Source: Eledone cirrhosa
Lineage: Eukaryota
Direction: 5' to 3'
DNA: 64,000 nucleotides
Assembly (NCBI GenBank): GCA_964016885.1
Contig: OZ024742.1
Location: 296,546,001-296,610,000, forward strand
Part shown: positions 31,755 through 45,949 of the stretch, one piece after another
Numbering within the stretch: position 1 is the stretch's first letter
Layout of the letters: each line of letters starts with the position of its first letter
Position numbers and translations under genes: made by a program
The notes under the pieces: model-generated
The model's input: only the letters and a program-made list of their open reading frames with translations
The model's database searches: none
Told to the model about the DNA's origin: nothing

Positions 31755-33405
31755 TCCCAATAAAGATTCCCATCCACATTTAACAATATACAAGGGAAAT
31801 GGAATTACTTATAATTTTTGTTTTTTACAATTTATTCAAAGTCAGTAATATGTAGATCAATCATTAGAATACCTGGCTGATAGTTAGATTGGTTCCTTAT
31901 TCAAGCAGTTATCTAAATAGCTCTTTTGATTTATGTTTTTTAAATTAGATGCTTCATAGACAGTTTCAGTAACACACACAGAATAATTTAGAAAGACGAC
32001 CTTCTGTTGAAATAGAAACTTGCAGGAAATTGGTATAGGTGTCTAGAAAGACACCAGCTACCATTTTAGCTGCTGATTTCTTTCTTCTATATATTCTAAA
32101 CCCAAACTTCATCAACGACAAATGATTTAAGGTCATTTACTCTGTGAAAGCAGAAGCAGGGGTTAGACTTGTAGCCCTCACAACTGTTTTCTCAATTTTG
32201 TCTTATTGCCTGCATCCACACCTCAACAAGCATCTGGCTTTCATTTCCTCCTCCATCATCAACATCACCATCATCATCATCATCATCATTTTAGATCTGT
32301 TTTGTAACCTTGTGTAGGTTGGACATTCTGTCACAATCTGAGACAAGATGGGTCAGAGAGACCCTATTTGCTCATTAGTTCACAATTTAGTATGGCTTCT
32401 GTAGCCTTCCTAATGCTGACAAATTTACAGAGTGTACATTTTACTGTGGCACCATCACAATCACTTCACTACGTACATTTTATTGTGGTACCTGCAATTA
32501 AAATTAGCAATAGCACTAACACAGCATGGTTCAGAATATAGGTATATATGAACCCAGACACAATATGCTTATGTGTAATGCATGGCATTGTACCATACGT
32601 CCTGTGGGAGTCATAGGGGTGCCATATTGACATACAGTGTTTCTAGGATATTATTTTTAATTTGGCAGAGCCCATCACCTCTCCAAGTCTGAATACAGAA
32701 AGCTTTCTTTCAGAAAAGGAAAGAGAGAGTGAAATAATTGAAGTGCAAAGGAGATATAGAGGAAGAATTGACCCCAGTACTAGACTGGTACTTTTTTTAT
32801 CGACCTCCAATGGATGGAAGGAAAAGTTGACCATGGCAGGATTTGAACTCAGAGAGTTGGAAAAAATACTACAAAGAATTCTATCCAACATTCTCACAAC
32901 CTTTCCAATTCTCTGCCTTGCTTATGTGTAATAAACATATATAAAGTCTTAGTCTGAATACTTTAAGCCCATATATACTTACATAAGGCAAATTTTTAGT
33001 TGAGTCATTAGTATGTTGGATATTTGATCCTGGCCTATATTTTCTGAGTTCAAATCCCACAGAGGTTCACTTGCCTTTCATCCTTTCAAAGTTGATAAAA
33101 AAGGTAACAGTCCCAAACTGGTGCAGCCCTTTCTCTTTCTAGCTGTAACATCCTGCTCAAGAGAGCAAGGGTTAAGAGGGTGTCTGTATTTTCTTGGAAC
33201 TGCATGGATACCTAAAATACTTAATGAAAGTACGGTATATAATATCAAATCATACATGATTGTGAATAACATCTGTAGTAGTTTTTACACACATTTATAT
33301 ATGTGAATAACATTTGTAGTAGTTTTTAACATGTTTATATTTAATTGACATGGGTGATGTCCCTTGGCATATATTGTGACACTACAGATGTTATATATAT
33401 ATATA

Positions 33406-34365
33406 TATCATAAATCATGTCCTTAGAATTATTAGATAAAATATATACCATTTCCTCTCCCAATTAGCATAATTAACCATATAAAAAATCAATTAGACCA
33501 GGCTATAAGAATAAAGGCTCCTATGAAGAAATTTCCGACAAATAACCGAAAGCGGCCTCTTCGCGGTGGCCCCAATAGAGTATTTATCTAACATTTCAAC
33601 AGCATGTAGAAACTGACTAAATATTCCGTCAACCATACACAATTAGGTGTAAATTCAAACTTAGAAGAAATGTGTACATACCGTAATTATATCTCTACCA
33701 TGGTTTCGTCCGTATTTTTAGACATCCAATTATCAGGATATCCAGAGTAACAGACTCATCAGGAGAAAACTCAAAATTAGACATTTAATTTTCCAAAGTC
33801 ATCGCGCCAAAAATAGATTCAAAAATGGCTAAGAATTGTGACGTGGCAGTGGTCAAGTTAGAAAGAATGTGATTAGTTGCTTAATTCTAAGGACATGATT
33901 TATGATATATTGCTCTGATTATTTAATTTATTAATTCTTCATTGAGCCACAACGTGACCGGTTGCAACATATATATCTATGACTTTATGTATATGTAAAT
34001 CTTTATATTTAATAATCTCCCGTTAGGTTGAGATACAATTGGGCGATATTGGGCTGCGCTTTCTAGCCTACCCGCCGTAAGCAACTAATCACATTCTTTC
34101 TAACTTGACCACTGCCACGTCACGATTCTTAGCCATGTTTTAATCTATTTTTGGCGCGATGACTTATGGCCTGGTCTAATTGATTTTTTATATGGTTAAT
34201 TATGCTAATTGGGAGAGGAAATGGTATATATGTTATCTAATAATTCTAAGGACATGATTTATGATATATTGCTCTGATTATTTAATTTATTAATTCTTCA
34301 TTGAGCCGCAACGTGACCGATTACAACATATATATCTATGACTTTATGTATATATAAATCTTTAT
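33406..34365 (+). mobile_element. fold-back PLE terminal-repeat element with nested inversion and duplicated tail
   Basis: outer arms ~33406-33515 and 34164-34268; inner arms 33796-33883 and 34078-34165; tail at 33884-34010 and 34243-34365; (TA)n flanks. Confidence 0.8.
33692..33766 (-). ncRNA. type I hammerhead ribozyme, canonical core
   Basis: tctc-CTGATGA-[gtctgt...acggac]-GAAAC-catg-GTA-gaga. Confidence 0.85.
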
Positions 34366-34379
34366 ATATATATATATAA

Positions 34380-36055
34380 GTAGAAGGGGTATTTAATTTG
34401 TTGGAAGTCCAAAAATATAAATGCTTATAACTGATTTAGAGCGCTCAACAGTTTACTGGAGTAAATATTTCAATGATATTAAATAAATGGAAACTATATT
34501 TATAAAACCATATTTATTTTATTATATATATTTCAAGGGTACCAAGACACATTAATACGCTTTCATCAGATGAAATACAAAGTTTGTTTTATAAATAGAG
34601 ACATACCCATGAAAATCATACCTTATCGGTTGGAAATTCACTGGATAGTGGAAAGATATTAGGGATTTTTCAAACTTATGTGTGAATATGCAAATGAATA
34701 TGTAAATAATTGAAAAACAACCGTTTATTTAAACGACTATGGATAGAGAGAATATATAGGAAGAGAGTATAACATAGTGCTAGAGAGAGAGAGAAGAAAA
34801 AAAAGCGAAGATGAATAAAACTCATATAACGTTAATTTGAGTTATATTCTAAATATATATCTTAGTACGTGTATTTACGATTATTATTTGTTTAAAATTT
34901 GTTTATAATATAATATTTTTCTTCTGTTATAAATAAATATATACATAAATAAATAAATGCATAAATAAATAAATACATAAATAAATAAATACATAAATAA
35001 ATAAAATAAATAAATAAATAGATAGGTATATTATGTTATAGATAATTGTTCTAATGAGTTATAAGGGATATTGGTTTTGTATTTAATGTAAATAAATATT
35101 AAGTTAAATTAAATTAAAATGGGAATATACGGAAAAAAAATCCGGTTTAATTTATCTATTCGTCAGTGTGAGACTATTTAGTTAAAATTAGTATAGATGT
35201 TGAAAGATACATTTAGCCAGAATCAGTTAGTGGTTATAAATTTATTGAAAAATATTAAAAAAATATTGATACAGTATTGAAAAAATATTGATATCGTATT
35301 GAAAAAATCTGAGAAATTATTAAAAAAAATAATTTATAAGAGATAAGTAATTTTAAAGAAATTAAAATTCAAGAAATAAAAATTATTAAAATTAAAATTA
35401 AAATTTTAATTATAATTTTAATTTTAATTTTAATTTTAATTTTAAATTAACATTTTAAATTTAAATTAAAATTAAAGTTAAAATTTAAATTTTAATAATT
35501 TTTATTTCTTTATTTTTATTTCTTTAATTTTTATTTCTTTAAAATTACTTATCTCTTATAAATTTTTTTTTTTTTAAATTTCTCAGATTTTTTCAATACT
35601 GTATCAATATTTTTTCAATATTTTTCAATAGATTTAAAACCACTAACTGATTCTGGCTAAATGTATCTTTCAACATCTATACTTATTTTAACTAAATAGT
35701 CTCACACTAACGGATAAATAAATTAAACCAGAGTTTTTTTTTTTTTCCGTATATTCCCATTTTAATTTAATTTAACTTAATATTTATTTACATTAAATAC
35801 AAAACCAATATCCCTCATAACTCATTAGAACAATTATCTATAACATGATATACCCATCTATTTATTTATTTTTATTTTTTTTTATTTTTTTATTTATGTA
35901 TTTATTTATTTATCTACTTATAACAGAAGAAAAATATTATATTATAAACAAATTTTAAATAAATAATAATCGTAAATACACGTACTATTAAGATATATAC
36001 TTAGAATATAACTTGAATTAACGTTATATAAGTTTTATTCATCTTCGCTTTTTTT

Positions 36056-36090
<35 letters not shown>

Positions 36091-36438
36091 GCACTATGTT
36101 ATCCTCTCCTCCTATCTTTTCTCTCTCTCCATAGTCGTTTAAATAAACTGTTGTTTTTCAATTATTTACATATTCATTTGCATATTCACAAATAAGTTTG
36201 AAAAATCCCTAATATCTTTCCACTAGCCAGTGAATTTCCAACTGATAAGGTATGATTTTCATGGGTATGTCTCTATTTATAAAACAAACTTTGTATTTTA
36301 TCTGATGAAAGCTACCCTTGAAATATATATAATAAAATAAATATGGTTCCAAACCCATGCAAGCGTGGAAGATGGACGTTAAACGATGATGATGATGATG
36401 GTTTTATAAATATAGTTTCCATTTATTTAATATCATTG

Positions 36439-36445
<7 letters not shown>
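34380..36445 (-). mobile_element. 2-kb non-coding fold-back element, PLE 3' region-like
   Basis: arms ~34465-35393 and 35488-36444, unpaired tail 34380-34464 with hairpin, (TA)n flanks; RTE tail inserted only in the right arm (~36348-36399). Confidence 0.8.
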
Positions 36446-36517
<72 letters not shown>

Positions 36518-36629
36518 ATTTTCTAGCCACTTTTGTCTTTTCCATTTGTTGGTTTGTAACTCCTTAGCATTTATTTCTTGTTTGCTGTATATTTCATTTT
36601 TCTTATGAAACCAACATGTTATTCAATCT

Positions 36630-37010
36630 AAATGGTTGTAGAGGTGATGTTAGTAGCAGTGGTGGTAGTGAAGGTGACAGGGAACACTACTCCTTTATTC
36701 CTAATATATCTTACCACACTACAAGAAACAATGTCTGTGATGTTCATGGTATTGTTGTTGGTGTTGTTGGTTTTGGTAGTGATAATAGTTGTGGCAATGA
36801 TGGGGATGGTGTTGCAGGTGGTGATATTGGTGACCATTGTGATGGTGGTGGTGGTAATGATGATGGTGGTGGTGGTAATGATGGTGATGGTGTTGCTGGT
36901 GATAATGTTGGTGACCCTGTTGGTGTTAATAATGGTGGTGGTGTTGGTGGTGGCAATGATAGTGATGGTGATGTTGGTGACCATGTTGGTGTTAATGGTG
37001 ATGATGACAC
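36630..37010. repeat. GGT/GAT-rich low-complexity tract
   Basis: degenerate trinucleotide repeat. Confidence 0.85.
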
Positions 37011-37758
37011 CAAGGAACACTTTCTTTTCCCCTTATTCCTTCAAGTGAATCATGCCACACTGCAAGAAACCATTAAAGGTGATTAAGCACTTCACATCAC
37101 ATTAGTGACAGGAAGTAGATGGCAAAGATTTCTCCACCATGTCTTACAGAAGAATTCAATAGCATTCATTACATCAAAGAATTATACAGAGATAATTTTG
37201 TTAATGTGCAATAACACACTTTACTTTAGAAAATCGCCATTGCCACAATTACTGCTGACTAATCAGAAAGCACCACCTTACAGCATAGCAAAAGGGAAAG
37301 TTTTCATTGCTCTCATTATCGAGCTATTGAAAGGGAACATATAAAGGTGCAGTAATTCTGGAGATATGCCCAAGTATAATGGAGATTTCTAGAAGCAAAT
37401 GGGGTGTTTGCAAGTAACCTAATCAACCATGATGTTGAAATGGAGCATCAATGGAGTAGCAAGAAGAATCAGCATTTCATTCTAAGTTTTGTATTGTTTG
37501 GTAAAAGTGAGGAATCAAAAACAAAAGCTAATAGAAAAATCATTTTTAGTACTATAGTCTTGTTTGCTAGAATAAGTAAAAAAAAAACAAATATATATCA
37601 TCATTTGATATACTAAATTTGGGCAATACTTATATATAAGTGATAAGAAAATTAAGTTTAACCTTGCTTTCTGGGGTATACATAATATTTTGTGATAAAC
37701 TGTATTTGGAAAAAATCTATATATAAGGCTTAAGAAGGTGATGAGAGAATTAAATATA

Positions 37759-38772
37759 ACACTTTTGATACCAAATGAGACTGTTTCCAGGTTCTAAACT
37801 GTTTGATTTAAAGTGTTAACTATATATATTTGTGTAATAGTTGATCACATTTAAAAGTCAACCCCTTTATTTTGGCCAAAAATATGGAATAATTTTCGAT
37901 AGGCCTTGCATAAAATTCAACCCTAGTATTTCAGTGATAACAGGACAACATTTGTTGGGTAAGGTATTATCTTGTATGTAGAAATAACGCTGTTACAAAA
38001 TCGTCAAGAATTTAATGCAAGTTTATATCATTGCAAATACATGTCTGAAACTAAAATTTTACCCAAACGTTTACCTACTTTACTGTAGCCAGCCTTATAG
38101 CTGGAATGCTTGGTGTTAATAGTAAAACATTATATAATAGTGAGGACAGTGTGGCTTTAACCACAACTATGACACATGCTGAGCAGGTAGAAGCTAGGTG
38201 TACAGTATACAATAAGTAGTGGGATACCAGTAGATATATTGCCCATGGTAATATACAGTAATTATAAGATGTAAATTGATTGCACTAAGCTAGTCTGTTA
38301 AGTTTAATGGATAAAAGTAAAAGAGCAAGTGTAAATATTTATAAGAGCTATGCAGCCTTGTTTATGGATTTTGTTATTTACTAGGATGTGTGTTTTAGAA
38401 TCGGTAATATTACTGTAATTTATTGTGTTTTTCTTTTTATTCATTTAGAGATTAGTTGGGCTTCTGCTGCTAACACAGTACTTTGGATTCTAGCTTGAAT
38501 TTGAAGCCTCTCAAAAGTAGTATCATATTATAGTTGACCCCATAAATCTAACCTTAAAAAATGGTCTAAAAATATACACAAGTATATACTGAATATTTAT
38601 CTAAAGCTCCTCTATCATAATATAAGAACTTTTTTATGCTATATTCCAAATAACAGCTTCTTAATAACTAAATGAGTTATTTTACTGAATCCTTCCAAAA
38701 TCTTGATTATTTTCAAAATTATTTGAAAATCATAGGCAGTGTCTTTCATTTGAAATATGGTAACAAAAAGGT
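37759..38772 (+). mobile_element. old piggyBac-type MITE family B interrupted by a pogo/Tigger-like MITE (~37818-38592)
   Basis: outer ends cacttttgatacca/tggtaacaaaaagg; inner ends tatatatttgtgta/tacacaagtatatactg; all degenerate. Confidence 0.45.
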
Positions 38773-39319
38773 AAAGGCTATTTTCTCCACCAAAGCATAG
38801 TTTAGCTTTGCAGGTTGCATACTCCTTAAGGGGTCCTTTTTGAGATGTTTATGTCATGGCACCCTTCAGGGCTCATCCATTTTAGCTGGCTCTAATGACA
38901 TACAGGTATACAGTGTACCTATTCTAAACTGGATAAAATTCTAACTTGGAAAATATTAGGCTTAAGATATTGGCATTTGGAAAATTAGGTTTAAAATAGT
39001 CAGAAATAGTTTTATTTTGTTAGAAATCTCTGAAGAAATTAAAGAGGAAAAATATCAAATTTTATATAATTCTGGAATAAAAAAAAAATGGCAGACGCGA
39101 ATATGTATCATTGAAACTGTAAAAGTGCACACATAATCAATAGCTTTAACAATATAGATTTGAAATGATGATATTTTAAAGATGTTTTCGATGACTAACA
39201 GTTTATATGAAGATTTAATTTTATATCTTCTGTTGTTTCATCATATCATTAAATCATGAGATATATTTCAAAATGTACTTTATTCTAATGTTAGTGGAAA
39301 CAAAAAGAACAAGCTAAAA

Positions 39320-40315
39320 CAGGATTGACATGCACAGCCAAGTTGGGTGGGTGTAGAATCAATCTGCTGGAATTTGCAGATGATATGGTATTACTTGTTG
39401 GAAGGTGATCTCCAGCATGCACTAGATAGATTTGTTGTCAAGGAAGGAAACTGTACCTTCATAGATGTAACGTATCCTTTTGAACAGAATTGAACAAAAA
39501 GAGAAAGAGCATATAGAGGCTTATACCAACTTAAAGTATGAGATCTTGAAATGAAGTGAAGACAGTCTCCATTGTCCCATTGGCATGATGACAAAGAAGC
39601 TTGAACACTATCTGTTGAAAATAGACTTTGCACAAGGGATTGAACCACTCCAGAAGTCATACCTACTGGGAACAACTAGAACTTTGAGAAAAGTTCAGAA
39701 ATGACAAGGAAGGAAATGAAAATCTTGGAGTTACCCTAGGTTACTATTTGTAGCCTGGTATTCCCTAAAATAACTGGCTAAGCCAGATGCATGGCTTACA
39801 AAGCTAGGAATCACCATCAGGACAGGATTGAAAACAGCCATGCTAGGAACAGCAAGAATTTTATGGAGAGTGTTAGAAAGTTGAAGAGGAAAGAGAAAAC
39901 CAAAGTACCTTTGGCTATTGACTGTGGCTTGCTCTTTTGATACAGTGTTGGTATAACATCTGCCAGAGCAAAATCATTACAAATGATGATGCTGATGATG
40001 ATGATGATCACCAAGTACTCTGAGTAGTCAAGACTATTTGGAATGCAAGAGAGTAATGTGAAAGTGATACCAGTTGTGATCAGGGCATTAGGGTCAATCC
40101 CATTGAAACTTCATGACATCTTAAAGTGACTGGGAATACCATACAGGCTGGGTGTCATACAAAAGATGGCTTTGCTAGGTACTGTATACATTTTGAGGAA
40201 AGTATTATCTGTCTGAGGTCCTTGTTGTGATATGACAGATGACTTAATAGTCTGGTGCAATATCCATCTGTACTGGGCAACAGGAGATAATAATAATAAC
40301 AATAATAATAATAAT
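39320..40315 (+). mobile_element. R4/Dong-like (restriction-like endonuclease) LINE 3' remnants, two adjacent
   Basis: CTFIDVTYP..EKE..Y..LKYEI, KTAMLGTARIL; second remnant KVIPVVIRALGSIP..IQKMALLGTVYILRKVL with (AAT)n tail. Confidence 0.65.
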
Positions 40316-43300
40316 GGTTTCTTTATTGGCCACAAGGGCTAACACGAAGAAAAACATTACAGACGGCACAGAACGGTACAGGACGATACAAAGTGGGTTT
40401 TGGCCATGTAAAAAGGTTATAACAAGCTATAAATGTGTAAAAACAAATTAAAAAATAAAAAATAAAAAAAATTCCTCAAAAAGGGGGCGGCCTCCGAGGC
40501 TCACTCGTGGCGAAAACCACACAAAAGACCACAGCGAACCTGAACATCAGGACAAGTGCCCTCTCTCAGTATCTCACTCCTCAGTCTACAGGCGCATACT
40601 CAGAGTGGGCCCGTTCACTCGGACCAGACTCGCCACTTTCATCCACCTTTCAACAAACTTACTAGAAGACAACACTTGCCTCTCCAACCTGATTTTCCTC
40701 TTCAAGTGAAACTTGAAAAAGTTAATCAGGGATTGGCTGGAGAGGAAAGTTTCCGTCTTCAACCCTTTCAACCTTGTCCATCCCACAATCTCTTTCGTCA
40801 TGGCCACCAGGCAGATGAAAACTGCCTGCCCTTCCTCCTCTTTAAAGGAGGGTGGCGGGGCTACCTGCACAGTGGACCCAATCGATAACCGGATCCGTCC
40901 TACATGCGACAGCAACTGTTTGACATAACTTCACAAGTCAGCAATCCTCGGGCACTGTATGAGAGCGTGCAGGATGGTTTCGTCTCCCTGCGTGCATCTC
41001 AGACAGGCTCGGCTGACAGCACCTCTGTGCCTGTAGAGCTTATCCCATACCGGCAACGCTCCCTGGTAGCACTGCCAGGCCAGGGATTTCTGGAAGTTGT
41101 CCATAGGCCAGGGCTGAAAGTTCTCTTGAAGAGAGCGAACAGCTGATCATCTTCGATGCTCAGGGTCTCCCGAGAACGTCAGCGCTCTTCTCCTCCACTA
41201 GCCCTCTATAGAACACCGAGATAGATGTTCCACTGATACTAGTGCCCAGCTGGTAGAGGGCGGTGAGCGCTTGGAGACATTTCAGTATCCAAACACTATC
41301 CCTCAGCCTTTTTCTGATCCAGGGCTGCAGCTCCGTCAAGGAGACAAGCTGGGGAAAAGCGCGTCTGTCAAATGGCGACCACACCTGTTCAAGGTCAAGG
41401 AAGCACCAGAGATGTCACCGCCTCAGCGCATGTTTGCGCATCATCAACCACAGCATGCTCAGTCCTCCACGCATCAGGTGTTGACAGCAGATGGATTGTC
41501 TGACCATGGGAGCACGTCACTTCCACAAAAAGCGGAAGAGAAGGCGCTCGTTTTTGGTCAGAGTTGGGCTGGAGCAAGGTACGACGGTAAGGCGGTAGCA
41601 GATGACGGACGCAATGTACGCATTCGCCACTTCCGCTCAACCTTTCAGAGACAGCCTCCTCTCGGCCCATTTCTGGGTGAGAGAGGTCACCTTGCTCCAG
41701 TTTTTCTCCATCTGGAGGTCCAGACCGAACCAAACCCTAAGCAATTTAATCGGTCCTTCCATCCAGCGATCCATGACGCTGTCGGACGGCATAGACTTGC
41801 CTCTCCTGGTGCCGAGTTGCAAGCCCACAGACTTTTCCTGGTTTATCTTTGATTCGGTCACCGCTTCATATTCCTTGAGAGCGGTGCCGAGCATCTGGAC
41901 GTGTTTGGTGCTCAACACCACCACAGTGACGTCGTTAGTGTAAGCTGACACAGATCTCTCGCATCCCAGTTCACGTGGGACCCCCCCCTCCCTCATCATC
42001 TCCACTTTGTGCAGTAACAGCTCGAGGGCCAATACGTACAAGCGGGACGAGAGGGGACAACCCTGGCGGACCGGGCGCATGATGCTGAAAGGCTGTGACA
42101 GGTGACCATTTACCCTCACAATCGAGCAGCGGTCCGCTGTGCATCGCAGCGATCCAACCCCTAAAAATGAGACTGAAGTCGGCCGCCTCAAGGACCGCAT
42201 CCAGGTACCAATGGTCGACCCTATCAAATGCTTTAGATTGATCCAAGTTGATCAGGGCCCCACCCGTGCCAGGTTTCTTAACCATCCTCTCTATGATGTA
42301 TCGCATGAGGTGGAGGTTGTCGTGGATGGATCTGTCCGGAATGGTGCATGTATGTGCCTCTCCCACCAGATCACCGATGACAAGTGCCAATCTCTTTGCT
42401 AACACCTTGGCCAAAATCTTAAACTCTGCATTTAGCAGAGTTATGGTCCTGAAGTTGTCTATAACGTCCCCCTTGTTCAGGTCTTTTCTCAGCAGCGTCA
42501 CTGCTCCCCGGCTCACAAAACTAGGAATGATCCCGTTGTGCTGCCAGTTGCAGTAGACATCTGCCAAGAGGTCACTGAACAAATCTGGTATAGACGCATA
42601 AAGCTCGTAAGGCAGACCATTCAAACGTGGCGATTTACCCCTCCTGCAGTCAGACATCGCTTCACGTATTTCACCTGCTGTTATTGGCTTTTCACGGCAC
42701 TGCGCTGCGGTCGTCAAGGTATGCACCGAAGTCCATACTCTGATCTGGCCCACCGCCACTCCTGAACAATTCAGCAAAGTGCTGTTGAAAAGCCGCACAC
42801 ATCTGCTCGGGTTCGAGCAACATGAGCCCGTTTTGATCAGGCAATGACCGAATTGTGGACTTGTTGCCACATCGCACCTCCACCACCTGGGCCCATTGAA
42901 TGGCTTTCGTCCCCTCGTGTCTTAGAGCACGCACTCTAGCTCTGACAACGCAGCTTTCATGCTTTGCATTGAAGAATTGGTCGAGTGTCAATCTCGCCGC
43001 AAGCACGTCGGTTGCGATGCCTGTCCAAAACGCCTCTTCTAGCTTTCTAACTAGCTCTCCCTCTACTCTATTTTCCTCTATCACTACCCCTTTGCTAAAC
43101 CTTATCGATTCTACTCTAATAGCCCTTTTCAGGGTAAACCACCACCTGTTGTTGACAATCGCACCCGCCAACGCAAGCTTAACTAATTTGCTAATCCAGG
43201 CTCCGTAATCTTTGCGCGCCGGAACGATGTGTTCAGCTTCCAGTAACCGGGCATTTGCCTATGGAGTCTATCTAAGTCAACTTCACAGATCACAAATTTG

Positions 43301-44888
43301 TGGTCCGTGTAGTCGACTACTTTATATTGTGGACAACCTACACTAGCCTTATCTGTTTCCCTACAGAATACCCTATCTAAATACCATCTGGATGACCCGA
43401 TGTGGTTTGCCCACAATGTCCACATTGGCACATTCGGATAATCCAGTCTATACCTGTTAGACAGTTTAAAACGTCTGAGCAGGTTGTTCAGGCTTTTACA
43501 CCCTCCTCCCTTGTCTACTAGCCCCACATAATCCCAGCGTGCATCTAAGATACCGTTCCAGTCGCCCAGTAACACTAAAGAGCGGGACGTTCCAAGAAAG
43601 ATCTCTAGACATCTGAAGAAATCTGGCCGTCCTGCCCCTGTTAGGGCGTAGAAGACTAATAGCCTGAAAGCATTGCCTTCGCTGCCGGTCACGTCCAGCA
43701 CCACCGACTTACCTTCTGGGTCCAGGAAGATGGCCCGTATGGCGGGATCCAAGCCTCTCTGAAAAAGCAGAGCAACTCCTCCCCCCGATCCTGGACAGCT
43801 GGGAGATGCATGTACATCGTAGCCACTGAAGATCGATGCAAAGGCTCGTGCTTCAGAGATTCTTGTCTCACTGATGGCCACGACATCTATGTTTAGTGAC
43901 CTTGCTTCCAAGATGATCCTAGGCCACGTACATTTACACTGCCTATTCTGAGTATGGCCATGCTGGGTGAGGAACGGGTATGTGAAAAAGGATCACTTAC
44001 CTTGATCGTGTGGGGAAGGGACAGTAGAACCGTCCCTTTGTCTGGTCATAGGTGTCTCCAAGATGATATCTGTATAGATTCTCTTGGAGAGTGACCCTCT
44101 GAATTTTTACTTTAATTGTTTATAGTCTTCCAGTTTAATTTTGACAATTGTAATGTTTTTGGGGTAATGTTCTTGGTGTTGGTGAGGTGTGGTAATTTAA
44201 GTCTGAAATATCGGTGTGCTGTTTTATATGTTCCATTAATCCTTTGTGTGTATTGTTTATGGCTGTGTACTTATATTTTTTGGTGCAGGGGGGTTGCTGT
44301 TTTCTTGTTGTTGCTGTTGGGTGTGTGTGTGTTTTGTTGTGTTTGCGATGTTGCTGTTTATGGTGATGCTGGTGGTCGTGTGGATGGTGATGCTTGTGGT
44401 GGTGATAGTGTTGGTGGTGGTGGTGTTGCTGTAAGTCTCCTTGCAGCCTTTACCCCTCTTTCTTTGCCTTTGCTTTTGGAGGGAGAAGCTGTGGTGTTTT
44501 TGCGTTTGTTTTTTTTTTGTTGACAACCGTTTTCCACTCCTCAGCTGGCTCACACTGCATGTCCAACTGTGAAAGGTCAGGGAGGGGTATGAGTTCTACC
44601 CTCTCATTTGTCTTTGTTGTTGTTGGTGGTGGAGCCTGTTCTTGGCACGGGTGAAGCTAGTGCAATTATTTCTGTTGCTGCAGCTGCCGCCACTGTTTTG
44701 TTGTCCGTGGCTTTGGTGTGGGTGCCACGGACGTTGTCTTCTACTCTCTGTAGAAGCTCCCGACTTTTTCGCTGACTGCTCTGTTTCTGATGGCCCCCTT
44801 CCTTCCAACGCCGGAACCACATCCTGGCGTTGGAAAGAAGGGGACCTTCACCTTTGTTATTTTCTGTGGGCAGAAGGCCCTGAAGTAC
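40316..44888 (-). mobile_element. Tx1/L1-clade LINE: near-complete decayed ORF2 plus ORF1 C-terminal remnant
   Basis: ORF2 from ATG 43961 (MAILRIGSVNVRGL, ISETR, LGDWNG, YLDRVF, TDH, LDQSKAFDRVDH, VRQGCPLS, AYTNDV) to ~40586; AATAAA then (ATT)n; ORF1 knuckle end FRAFCPQ near 44880. Confidence 0.9.
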
Positions 44889-45949
44889 ACAACGTAAATG
44901 TTTCACAACATTATGCTGCAATGCATATTGTTTTATACTCTACCAATACTGCCAAATAATAATAGATTATGATGATTTTCTTTTTCTTGACCATAAAAGC
45001 CCAAAACATTGGAAACAGTATGAGAAAAAATTACATAGAGAGAACAATGATGAACAGTAAAAGATTTACATTGTGTAAAAGATTGAGTGCAGTAATAGCA
45101 ATAAGGATACATTAATACATAGGCAATAGAGAATATTAAATTATTATATAACCAAAATTGCTTCAAAATCAATCACATAAGAGATTTTGTGACAATTTTG
45201 AAACACACCAATTCCTATAATGTTAGATCAGGAAAGATTTGTCTGGGACTATAAGTTCATAGCTATGAATTAGAAATATTCATAGATGTTTCAAGCTAGC
45301 AGCTATTTAAAAAGTAAGGTTACTGAAGTTAAAAGATACATTTAAAATTCCAACTATGTTCACAATGTGTGACAATCTTTCTTTTTCATCTTCTTCAGTT
45401 TTATTATTTATATTATTATTATTAATACTAGTAATAGTAGTAGGAGTATTAGTGTGTATGTGTGATATGTATTTTTTTTGTTTTATTAATGGCTGTTTCA
45501 CAAAAGTAATGTTGTTTTCAGGATAAAAGCTTTGCTGAATAGTTTTTATTGATTGCCATTGAATTTCGTGCCATGAATTTCTTTATCTGCTTGAGTATAT
45601 TAGAATATGAGATGCAGAGGATATTTTTGACATCTTTTTTCAATTCAACAGTAGACAAGATAGATTTACACACCCCAGGAAATAAAACAGACTATTGAGA
45701 GGAAGTTTCAACAATCATACAGGATTAAAAAAATAAAGAAAAGATAAGTAAAAATATTATTGTGGAAGCCCAGAAGATTAATTTTCATCCTAAATTATTT
45801 CTTTTCTATTTAATAATGTCATGTAAATTCCAAGGTGAAAGTGGTACAGGAATTAGGTTCATGTTTTACTGGTTTACTGTCCTCTATTTTGTACATTGAG
45901 TATCTCCTGATAGATTACAATTTACAAATCATCAGATTTAGTTGTTTTA

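Noticed and set aside
34530-34575. CTGATGA in the 2-kb palindrome arms
   Set aside because: No separate stem II plus GAAA can be drawn, so it is not called a ribozyme
36616-37086. Gly/Asp-rich ORF
   Set aside because: Degenerate trinucleotide tract open in several frames on both strands; no domain or splice evidence
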